From Bugula neritina (lineage: Eukaryota; Animalia; Bryozoa), in the NCBI GenBank assembly GCA_964035545.1, contig OZ037765.1:13960698-14024697 (forward strand): a DNA stretch of 64,000 nucleotides, given 5' to 3'. Both the position numbers and the translations under genes were made by a program. How positions within the stretch are numbered: the stretch's first letter is position 1; every line of letters begins with the position of its first letter. Below the pieces are notes generated by a model. The model searched no databases. It was given only the letters and a program-made list of their open reading frames with translations, and was not told the origin of the DNA. Below, piece by piece: positions 51,201 through 60,999 of the stretch.

Positions 51201-52516
51201 ATTTTGGGCTTCCCGAACAGATACGCTCTGATCAAGGCGCTCAATTCCAGTCTCAACTGATGAGCGACCTTTGCCACCTCTGGGGAGTAAATCAGAGCAG
51301 GACCACCCCCTACCACCCTCAAGGTAACGGGGTGGTGGAGCGCAACAACCGGATGCTAGGTGATGCACTCCGGAGTCTCCTCCTTGGACGAGGTCAAGAG
51401 GAATGGGATACGGTGTTGCCGCAAGTCATGCGTGCATACCGTAGCACCCCACACACCAGTACTGGTGAGACCCCAAACCTCTTGATGCTCGGGAGAGAGA
51501 CTCGTGTCCCTGACCATCTCACCTATCACGTTCCAGAGCAAGACAACTCGGTTCACGAGTATGCCAGTGAACTAGTGGAACGGATGAAGGCCGCACACGA
51601 TATACTGCGTCAACAGCAGTGGAAGGTGCGGCACGAAGATTCCGATGAACCACCTCTCTATCAAACGGGAGATAAGGTGTGGATGGTCAATTACCGTAGG
51701 CGTCGCGGACAGGCTGATAAACTGAAGCCTAAGTTCGTAGGCCCCTACGTGGTCGTCGAGGCTATGCCCAATCATACGTACAAGATTGAGCGCTCAGGAC
51801 AGGTGTCTATCCAGAATGAGTCTCGCTTGAAACCGTATTGGGCTAGCCCTGACGGAGTGGGAGAAGCCCCCCCGTTGTTAGAGCCCAGGAGGCAGACAAC
51901 GACGCGCGGGCGACGGCGGCATGGACCTGAATACGAAGTGGTCATACCGCGGGAGGAAAACTTGGTGAGAGAGGAGCGGCAGCTTTTGTCAACAGAAGCG
52001 TGTCCGCCACCGCCAAGTCTAATTCCATCACTTCCAGAAACCGAGCCGGTTCCAGAAGTGCAAACCCCCACGGAGGGAGGGGCTCCATCCGGAGAACAGG
52101 AAGAGGTGACCGCTAACGGTGAAGTAGAGATGCCATTAGAGCCCCCTACTAACGAACCGGCAAGCGTGTCACCCCCCCTAGAAAGGGGACAGCGTACGAG
52201 GAAACCCCCACCGTATTTGAAAGACTTCGTATGTGACTGCATTAGAAGCGGCGCACATGAAAGTCTAGGGGAAAACCGTACGATAAAATGTTGGAGTTGT
52301 GAACCCCACGCAAATATCAACTTTTGCGAGGGCGGAATAGTGGGAGGAATTAATGCGCGTAAAGCAAATAGTTCCGACCTCGTGCCTCAGAAACGATGCT
52401 CAGCCTTTTCTTATGCTGACATCGCCAAAGGCAGACGTATCTCACAACCAGCTCCAACCTTACCAAGAACGTTGAGTAAGGACATTAATACCGAGTTCCC
52501 AGGTAAGCCAGTATAA
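48242..52516 (+). CDS. pol: Pol polyprotein (aspartic protease, RT, RNase H, integrase)
   Basis: LLDSGC protease; YLDD RT; DAS...ELLA...TDH RNase H; H-x4-H...CDIC zinc finger, DLVG/SDQG/VER integrase core and GPY motif. No chromodomain seen. Confidence 0.97.
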   Translation: MKVQPHGESYFLPGKVAGNAVTFLLDSGCTTNLLSRRVFEALPRRDRDRVRPYTGEHGTLADGSCIPFYGIIELPGRVRDQAVQETFIIGQLEEDAILGMPFLKQHQCRIDFSKSVVLMGGRELACVDKFGRPLVGGVQVVRNCTVPGRSRATIHCRVNSNRIARLGVVESAHEKIQLASSLNRLTERGEVLVQCVNPFTEPIELPAGSMLGRFHSVQEEDVGPSLGDATEAPPRHLIQGRGAVPTHLRELYETASGGCASNRERQAMAKLLRDYGDVFSSGEHDVGLTGIVRHEIPLTARTVPVRQPTRRLGPEKEKEVSRQVRDLLDRGLIEPAHSAWSSPVVLVRKKDGSWRFCVDYRKLNSVTIQDAYPLPRMDESLDALAGSKYFSTLDLLSGYWQVPLSPDAQEKAAFITRDGLWKWKVLPFGLTSAPATFQRLMEQVLSGLHWKTLLVYLDDVIVISPDFETHVSRLQEVFERLRGAGLKLKPSKCALLQPEVKYLGHVVGRNGVATDPEKVRAVEDWVTPQDLTGLRAFLGLVGYYRQYIPDFAGIAQPLNRLTAKGVTWQWTPVEQEAFDRLKGCLLTAPILAYPDPTLEYILDTDASDQNVGAVLSQMQEGREVVVAYYSKSLSPAERNYCTTRKELLAVIKSVKHFRPYLYGRKFRLRTDHASLIWLCRRAEPSSQVARWLEILAEFSYRIEHRPGKRHSNADGLSRRPDGGCKQCLNIERRDGGPPRCELETLAHHGAPFDWDQGQLRQRVDESPEDVQNLRANPVLAGNVRELKKLQEELPGVVADIYRAKREGRRPSEERIRQGCAEFRLYCQRWDSLRIGQDGLLTISLAASGRHPERKRVVCPTAIRRELIWDTHKQAHAGVKRVISKLRLRWYWPQMERDVRLRVKQCDICQASKHSRPPGEAGRRRLYAGRPWQVVAVDLVGPMPLTPRGNNWILVLTDHFTRWADALAIPDASAPTVARALDQHIFCYFGLPEQIRSDQGAQFQSQLMSDLCHLWGVNQSRTTPYHPQGNGVVERNNRMLGDALRSLLLGRGQEEWDTVLPQVMRAYRSTPHTSTGETPNLLMLGRETRVPDHLTYHVPEQDNSVHEYASELVERMKAAHDILRQQQWKVRHEDSDEPPLYQTGDKVWMVNYRRRRGQADKLKPKFVGPYVVVEAMPNHTYKIERSGQVSIQNESRLKPYWASPDGVGEAPPLLEPRRQTTTRGRRRHGPEYEVVIPREENLVREERQLLSTEACPPPPSLIPSLPETEPVPEVQTPTEGGAPSGEQEEVTANGEVEMPLEPPTNEPASVSPPLERGQRTRKPPPYLKDFVCDCIRSGAHESLGENRTIKCWSCEPHANINFCEGGIVGGINARKANSSDLVPQKRCSAFSYADIAKGRRISQPAPTLPRTLSKDINTEFPGKPV

Positions 52517-52533
52517 GTCTTGTATTCCTATTC

Positions 52534-53607
52534 ATGGAAACGGGCTCGATGCCAGTAAATTCTGAACTAATTCAGCAGATTGAATCAGAATTACTGGGAA
52601 CCACGTTTCATGTGAATGACGATGAAGACACTGTAATGGCCGATGGTCTGTTAGACCTGGAGCTAGACACTGTTCTTGGTCAGTCCACACATGATTCATC
52701 AGTTCCTCGAGTGCATTCCAAAAGCTGTGACTCTCAGGCTAGCAACGGTCGACAGTCACTAGAATTATGTTGTAAAGATCCACCGCGATCTAACACTAAT
52801 TCTACTTTTGTAGACACACTCGCGCCCGTCTCTCCGGGCATGCCTTCTCTAGAGATGGCGTGGGACCCAGAGCCGGCCCCAACAACTTCTACAACCAGGC
52901 AACTGCCACCCCAGTTGGAAGCAACCTCCAACTGGATTACCCCTGCCACAGAGAGAGAAATCAGGACCCATCAAGGAGGTGAGAGTAATCGTGAATGCAA
53001 CCTCTGCCAGCAGCGATTCACAACCCACCGCAGACTAAAAGTACACTTGCCGCAGCACTACATCACCACTTTCTGCCCTTGCGGAGAATATAGCTACAAT
53101 CGTGATTACCTATTGCGGCACCAACGTACTATGCAGTGTTATCAAGGGCATGTCTATGAAGTAGACGAATCATCCTATCCTGCCTTTCTCAGCGCCATCA
53201 AACCACTCATCACTGACTCAGCTCGGCTATCTCGCCTGGAGCAAGGCTTCCCTTCCCCGCGACCCATCATCTCTGGAGCCGCAGATAAACCTACCCAGTC
53301 TACTAACTCTCCACCCCACAGTCCTCTACGCATGCCGCATACCTTTCCTCGTGTCGTACTACAGAGGGTAGACACAAATGCGTATACACTCCCTCCTCCC
53401 CTTCCATCCTCAGAGCGGAAAAGACACAGACAGCCGACTTCCTCTCGCTCGTCCCCCTGGGCCCGCAACCTACGTGAAGTAGAAGCTAGGGCGCACGACT
53501 TAGAGCAAGAAGTGTACAGGCTGGCCCCACGGGTACAGGCTGCATCCAGTGAACTCAAATACTTACAGGAGTCTATTAAACGCATGAAGCGTGCGGCCCG
53601 CAGTTAA
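52534..53607 (+). CDS. Extra ORF3 of the Gypsy element: C2H2-type zinc fingers + C-terminal coiled coil, 357 aa
   Basis: Starts 17 nt after the pol stop, inside the LTRs. Contains CNLC-x12-HLPQH and CPC-x12-HQRTMQC; the C-terminus LREVEARAHDLEQEVYRL...LKYLQESIKRMK has a heptad pattern. Confidence 0.8.
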   Translation: METGSMPVNSELIQQIESELLGTTFHVNDDEDTVMADGLLDLELDTVLGQSTHDSSVPRVHSKSCDSQASNGRQSLELCCKDPPRSNTNSTFVDTLAPVSPGMPSLEMAWDPEPAPTTSTTRQLPPQLEATSNWITPATEREIRTHQGGESNRECNLCQQRFTTHRRLKVHLPQHYITTFCPCGEYSYNRDYLLRHQRTMQCYQGHVYEVDESSYPAFLSAIKPLITDSARLSRLEQGFPSPRPIISGAADKPTQSTNSPPHSPLRMPHTFPRVVLQRVDTNAYTLPPPLPSSERKRHRQPTSSRSSPWARNLREVEARAHDLEQEVYRLAPRVQAASSELKYLQESIKRMKRAARS

Positions 53608-53874
53608 CTCGAGTCTACCTACAACTCCATACTACTCATTCCCCTACCTCTCTGTGGCATTCCCTACCGTAATGGTGGCACGTACTCTACATGTAGATAG
53701 GACCTTCTCTTGCTTATTACTTAGTGTGCACGTTATATATACCTGTATATTTTTATCAGTTGTTGTTTTTTTTGTATATACTTTTATACTGTTCTCTTAC
53801 CCCCCCCCCCCCCCACAACGAAGTATACGTTTTTTTATGTGAATTTTATTTTATCAGAAAGTGGGCTTTCTGCT

Positions 53875-53885
53875 GGAGGGGGCAG
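53875..53885 (+). promoter_or_regulatory. Polypurine tract
   Basis: GGAGGGGGCAG abutting the 3' LTR. Confidence 0.8.
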
Positions 53886-54189
53886 TGTGGTGGCTCGTGG
53901 AGCTACCAGCAACACAATACGCAAGGTTGCGTATTGACCCGGAACAATGTATTAGCCAATTAGCTAGGCTGTTTTATAAGTAATAGTAGCCGCTTCGCGC
54001 TACTAGCTCAGTTGAGGATAGTGCTGTAAATTAAATAGACGTGCGTATCATTACTGTTGTACATTGGATTTTATTATGTATTCTTGTATTAAATATAACG
54101 ATATCTACTCGACTTAACCGGTGAAGTTTCTCTAGTGATAAATAGACTCTCTTGGTGGCACATCAACCCTAAATCTGAAAATCATAACA
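53886..54189 (+). repeat. 3' LTR
   Basis: 304 bp, identical to the 5' LTR by eye; followed by TSD ATAT. Confidence 0.97.
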
Positions 54190-55967
54190 ATATAACAATA
54201 ATAAAATTAATAATAATCTTATAATAATATCAATAGTTGTATATAAATATTAAATTCTGTAAGTAATTAAGTTAAACCTAAAATAATAAATATAATTATA
54301 AATTAATACTATAAGTATAACTATAAGTTAATGTATAATCCACTTTCACTTACTCTTAGACTTCTAGTTCTACAGTTTTAGTTTTGTTTACTTTTAATGT
54401 TATGTTTTAATACAAACATAATATCAATAAATATAATGATAATAATAATAATATAATAATAACGTAATCATAATGTTAATATCAAAATATAAACATCAAC
54501 AATAATATCAATAATAATAAATAAAATTGGTGAAACATTCATAATTATTGTTGCAATAGTAAAATTAAACGCTAAAATCTTTAATTCAATACTATTATTT
54601 AATTATAATACTAATAGATGATCTTTGCAATTTTCATTTCAAAACCACGATGACGATGGTAAAGCTAGATGGATTTTTGAAATAGAGGTTTAGCAAAATT
54701 GAAACCTAAAAACAATTCCAGTGTTTGACAAAACCAGATATAAAGTTAACGTTATCAATGTCCTAGAAAACCGCCCTTCGACTTTATTAGTAAAACTAAT
54801 ATTTTGTCAGTCTTACAATTATTTACAATAATATTAAACAAATTATTATATACAGGCAAAAATGTGCACTTTTTCAAATTTATGATATCTTGAAAGTAAA
54901 GTCACTTGGGCGAAAACTATTCGGTCTTTTTTGTGATCGAATTTTAAAAACAGAGTTATCTTTCTATGCAAACTATTGCAAAACTACAATAACAATAATA
55001 CTATTACTAAGCCAACAGCCCTTTGTCAAAGGGTATATAATATATCACTTTGCCCTTTTTGTTAAAACCACATAAGCACAATTTACTTTCATGGCAGTGC
55101 CCAGTGTTCACATATGGACTTTTCTCTTCAGCACCAAAGTAACTGGAAAACTATAAATATTTCAACCAAACATGCATTGCTGAAGAGTTTTTTGTTATAT
55201 ATCTACGAGAAACAATTTTGTGTATATACAATAAAGTCAAGAGTAACTAATTGGAGATTTACTTGAAATTGCTACTTTACTTGTTTCACTTTTTATGCCT
55301 ATAAGTATAATTTAGCTCAATCTTCATATTTTCATTTTACAATCTCCACATGTGTACCATTCTTACCTGTGTATTTATATGTTATTTATATATGTATTTA
55401 TATATAAATTATATTATTTATCTTAAAATATAAATGTAAGTGATGTAATGTACTTAATCTTATAGCGCATATGTAATTTATTTGGGAGCAGCTGTTATCT
55501 ATATTAATAAAATCGTTCAAGAAAGTGAAATGGAAAAACTTATAATCTGATAAATTATAACTAGGTCAAATGCTTACGTATACTATTTCAAATCAGATAG
55601 TGGGCGTCACCTGTGTCCAACAACTGCCATGACTCACTGAATTGTTTTAATTCTGTAATTATCCTGTGCAGCCCATCTTTCACTGGTGGGAGTTGATTGA
55701 TGACTGCAAATTTGTGACAAATGAAAATAAATATTATATAAATTCATATTGTCGGGACCTAACGCTTTTTGCTAAACACTGATCAATTTTTTGCTGCTTT
55801 GTACTAATTGTTGAGAGCAAGAATAACATGTAACTTATTGTAAAATTAAATAGTATTACATGCGAAATACTGTATAATGGTTTGACTCGCAGTGATTTCT
55901 TCTAATTAATGTAGCTGAAAAATTCAAAAGGGTAGAGAAATAAATTTGCAAGGGGGTATAAAGCATT

Positions 55968-56083
55968 TGAAGCAATTAGTAGTAAATGGGTCAGCTGGTT
56001 CAGCCAAGGTCAGCGGTTTGAATCCTAGTAAAGGCTATTGGCGATGTTAGGAAGGGCATTCAGTCATACTTTCTCCTTAGCCA
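55968..56083 (+). mobile_element. Decayed SINE fragment related to 46401-46600
   Basis: B box GGTTTGAATCC (56015-56025) followed by GGCTATTGGCGATGTTAGGAAGGGCATTC. Confidence 0.55.
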
Positions 56084-56393
56084 CAACAAAAAGCAAGTCT
56101 GCTTTGAAAAAACTCTAGCTTACCATTAGCCACGGATGGCAAATATGAACCCCCTGGTATATATGTATGTAATTGATGTAAAATGGATTTAATAACTAAT
56201 TTGTTTAGTCTATTGTGGAAGTATTGGTATATATGAAATGATATATGCCCTAAAAAATATGTGCACAAGTGTGGCGAGTACCGTGATAGAAAACTTTTGG
56301 AGTAACGACACCATGTAACCATTACTACAAACTCGTTGTAGCAGCCTTAGGCCCTGATAAAGACAAGAACTGCATGCAGGGGACTTTTTTCTT

Positions 56394-56549
56394 AGAATTG
56401 TTTTATAAGCACAGCTCCGAGTTGGAGGCGAATGAGTGCAGTATTTCGGGGGTCTCAAGTTTGGAGTTAGGTCCACCAACTCCAAACTTTAGAACTCAAA
56501 ATGCTGCACTCATTTGCCCCTAACTCCGAGCTGCTTATAAAACAATTCT
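56394..56549. repeat. Imperfect 156-bp palindrome (MITE-like)
   Basis: AGAATTGTTTTATAAGCA (56394-56411) pairs with 56532-56549. Inner AAGTTTGGAGTT/AACTCCAAACTT flank a 9-nt loop. Confidence 0.75.
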
Positions 56550-57489
56550 TCTTTTCGTGAACCTAATCAGTTTTTTTGATGATTTCTAATAATAATATAA
56601 TATTATATGTTATGGGTATATACTTGTTTAAAATTAAATCCAAGCAGTTTATAAATTACTTGCTATTAGGGTTTTAAAATCACATATAAACAGCAACTTC
56701 TCTACATGGCAGGTCATCTATTGCATATGTAAATACATATTATATTTCTTTCATGCAAACTAGTTGGCATACACAGGAATAATGCTCTCCATTATGATGA
56801 ATGAACTCCTCAGTATCTTTGCATTCCCGTGACAAGAATGATTATCATCAAATAGTAGCCTATTCATCAAATTTATGCTAGTCACCACATATTTGTGTTT
56901 AATAGGAGCTCTCCTTACTCGGTTCCTTAAAACACTGGGCAGTGCAATCCAAATTGACCATTCAAAGTATTTACTAGTGTACCTGCTATTGGAACATTCT
57001 ATAAGTTTTATTATACCTTTGTTCTTTTAATAAAAAGTTTTCATTTGTTTAGGATTTTATAAGTTTTATAAAGTATAGTTACATGTGAAAGTTGTTTCCA
57101 TACTTGGTTTTATAATCAAAGCTTTTATTATAATGAATTATAGCTGATCAACAGGCGTGGGATCTATAAGCTGAAGTGACTTTGAATTGAAAACATTTCC
57201 CCTAACTAGCATAAGAAAATTACTCAACATGAATCCCTGCACAATTTCAGCCGTTAACAATAATCTGTAATAGTAAATTTGTAGTGGACCTACGAACAGC
57301 TACAAGAAGAAATGTTAGTATAATGTGGGTATATTGGCAGTTGTGTCTACAGGAAGTACTTTAGTGTTGAGAAAAATATTATCAACATAGTATTTTGTCT
57401 TCTAATGCATTTGCAGCTTTATATATTCTAGCTCTATAGTATATTACGAACTTCTACCTTTTTACCTGTAGAAGTTTCATTCAAGCAAT

Positions 57490-57763
57490 ATGACATAGAC
57501 TATAAAGCTTTCATTAATTTGGTATATATATATATATATCAAATTTTCTACTTTAATAGTCTACTTTCTAAAATAGTTTTGGTATGAATTTAATAGAATT
57601 AGGAATCATAAGTAGCCTACTATATTCAAGATACACAACAAAAATGCAGAGAATGTAATACTGTTAAATTGATACCAAAACTCTTTTAGAAAATAAAGGA
57701 TTTTAATAGAAATTTAATATACATTGTATATACCAAATTAATGAAGGTTTTAATCTATGTCAT
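57490..57763. repeat. Diverged foldback/MITE-like element with ~105-bp inverted arms
   Basis: 57490-57596 aligns with the reverse complement of 57661-57763 (e.g. TTCATTAATTTGGTATATA / TATATACCAAATTAATGAA). Confidence 0.65.
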
Positions 57764-58778
57764 GTATATGCATTAAGTCTCAGGCAAGTGCTAAAGAAAG
57801 ACAGTGCTGTGTGATAAATTAAATACTGTTGTTTAACAACCTGTATTGGAATACCATGATTTGTAACTCAACTATTTGTGATTTTATGACCAACAGTCTG
57901 AAATGCTAGATCAGGCCCATTAATACTATGTGTAAATACAGAACACCTTAAAATAAAATAATACTTTTCAACATTGAGTTGATAAAACAACATTTTGTTG
58001 GTTGAAAAATATTTTTGAATAAATTCGTATCAGTCTTTTCAGTAATGCATATAAGTGCTAGACTTCACATGTCCATAATATGTAGTGTAGATTGTAGTGA
58101 AACATGTTTGAATATTGCCAAAAAAATTAAAGATAGGAGCCACGATGACTAGCAAAGTCTGTAAACTACATTTTGAAAAAGACAGTAGTTGAGATTCATT
58201 GTGTTTATTTGCAACTTTGACTGGCAAGTACAAAAAATTAAACCGGACTATAAATATAAAATATATTATCTAACATCTGCAGATGACCAAAACTAGAATA
58301 ACATTGGTGAAGTTAAATGTATATACAATGCATGAATTGTAGATCTTTGGAAACATGATATAATATAAATTGATTGCACAATTAATAAATAATATAAATT
58401 AGATAAAAGCCTTATTTGCGCCTGACTTATATGTCAGATATACATGATACATATAATATGAGTAGAACATAAAAATTTGATTTAGCTGTTATTATAAATA
58501 ATAATTATGCATTTTCTGCTTTACAATACTTTTGGCTGCCATAAATGATGGATGATTGGCTAGCAGAAAGCTTCCCAGAATGCAGTTTCATCAATGCTTC
58601 AGCCAATCAATACACTAACCATTAGGAGCTAACAGATCTGACTGGACGAGTCAAATTCTTATTTGAAATATTTCAGGTTAGACTTTATGTATGTAAAGCT
58701 GATACAGCTTGAAAATGGTAAACTGGTAAAAAACCAATAAGAAATGAAGTGTTACGAGAATCAAAAAGCAACAAAGAA

Positions 58779-60931
58779 TTATAGAGCACTAGCTTTGCAA
58801 TAGAAACACATATAGCAGGTCTCAACCAGCTGCTGAATTGTAGGCGGCACTGCATTGTAGTCCTTCGCCATACTAGCAAACCCCTTGGATGAGAACCAAA
58901 AGTTTAAATTCTCCACTTCTGTAACGGTTGGCACAGACGTTTCACCTAAAAAAAAGCCTAACATGATAAAACACAGTATGAAAAATGAAAAGCATATCAA
59001 CATAAAAAATAGATCAGCTTGCATATTAGATGATAGCCTAAACATATAGAGTAGAGAGCTCGTAATTGGCTGAAACTGCTATTAAATTACTATATTTCAT
59101 CATCAAAAATATTCTCAGAGTAAATAGCCCATTATATTTCAAATGCTATTTGGCAGAACATGTTATTGCAATGGTCATTATTTCAACATTCATTCATTTG
59201 GCAACAACAGAAAAACTATGTTTAGCATGATTACTTGCACATTATTCATATATCTAGAGATTTACTAATCATACTGCAGAGATAATGTTCTTCCTTGTTT
59301 ATATATCCACTTACCAACATCACTGGCCAACCCTCTGAACAAAAGCCACTTTGACGAAGGGCCATTGGAACAGCTGCTACGAGTAAAGGTGATATAATGG
59401 GAACCTTCTATACAGATTATAGAGAAAAGAGAGTAGGTCATGGGCGACATGCTCTCGCTTGCTCCATCACATATAATTTCTATTGGCATGTGGCCCGACC
59501 TTTTGTCATGCTTGTGAACCTGAAAAAAAACACAGATGTATTGAGCAGTCAACTCTAACCAGTAAAATAATTGCAAACATAGCAAAAGCCCCGTTTATAG
59601 TGGGTCTAAATACTTACTGTATTGGAACAATCATGGCAAAAACTAGACTTTTTCCACTCATTTTCAGATACATAACACTCCGGGCATTCCCATACAGCAA
59701 TTTCTCCGCAGATATAGCAGGATCTTGCCGCTGAAATAAAAACTCTTCAATTACTAGTACATAAATAAACTATCTACGAAAATGGTGAACAAATGGAACA
59801 AATACATTAGTGTATCTGTATTTATCACCCATTTCTATAACTATTGGAATTCAGAAACTGAATACTATGACTTACTGATGAATATTCATTAGTTCTTATC
59901 ACAAGTTAGAGATATTCAGAATGTCGCTGATAAAACTTGTATGAAGTGTAGAGAGGCCAACAACTACTAACCAGTATACACTATGACCTCAGTTCACTTG
60001 AGTCATGTCACATATGCAGCTTATATACTGCTGCTGTGTTAATATACAAGAGAAAATAACTTCAGATAAAACTATTTATTAAGCTGACAAAGAGCTAGTA
60101 CCTTATAATACTGCATGAAAGAGGTAAGTTACAAACTAACCTCCCTCTACCACATCAGCAAGGTCTAGCTGGAGGGAAGGTAAGACCCTGTCACATGTAT
60201 TCTGTTCCTTTCTAGATTTGGGCATATGTAGTATAAGATATGATGGTATCTACAACAATAATGTATAGCCACTGTACAAACATAAAATTGTCATCAAATC
60301 TCAGAATGAAAACTAGTATAACGTAGAAAAAATATATATAATTTATTAATCAAATATAAAAATTATCACAAACTGGCTGAACCAACAGGCAAATTACTGA
60401 AGAAACAGAACTTTAAATGTACAGAGTCTGAATAATTGGATAGTTACCTGCTTGAATTTCACCTGGGCTTGAGTCAGTGAGTCATGTAGCAATTCTTGAA
60501 CAGTGGGAAAAGCAATGCGAGCATCCCTTTCAGATTTTAAATATAAGCTGTAATGGGACTGGTTATTGCTACAACCAACAACAAAGCTTTTTATCAAACA
60601 TTCTATTAACTAGATTTTAGAGGTCATGTTGTTTAATGCTGACCTTCAGCATTATTCTGGGCAGTATTTAGTAGGAGGGTTTGTTCTTGAAGTATTGCCA
60701 CTGAAGGTACTATTGCAACATCTGGTACGAAGTGCAATGTAATGTAATGATGTATAGAGATATATGGATACGTATAGAGATGTCTAGAGATATATAAATA
60801 CATATAAAGATGTATAGAGATATAGATACGCATAGAGATGTATAGAGATATATAGACATGTCTCAAAATATAGAGATACATATAGATACATATAGATACA
60901 TATAGAGATATATAGAGATATATAGATATAT

Positions 60932-60999
<68 letters not shown>

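Larger units (their letters stand above)
46740..54189 (+). mobile_element. Full-length Ty3/Gypsy LTR retrotransposon (7450 bp) with extra ORF3
   Basis: 304-bp TG...CA LTRs, 4-bp TSD ATAT (46736-46739 / 54190-54193), PBS, PPT, gag, and pol in PR-RT-RH-IN order. Confidence 0.97.

Noticed and set aside
47071-53585. Numerous antisense and alternate-frame ORFs across the Gypsy element
   Set aside because: Shadow ORFs of GC-rich gag/pol/ORF3 with no independent motifs.
52534-53607. env gene
   Set aside because: No signal peptide, fusion peptide or transmembrane anchor.
55578-55703. Possible isolated minus-strand exon (INQLPPVKDGLHRIITELKQF...)
   Set aside because: It has splice-like ends but contains a stop, has no recognisable domain, and no partner exons were identified.
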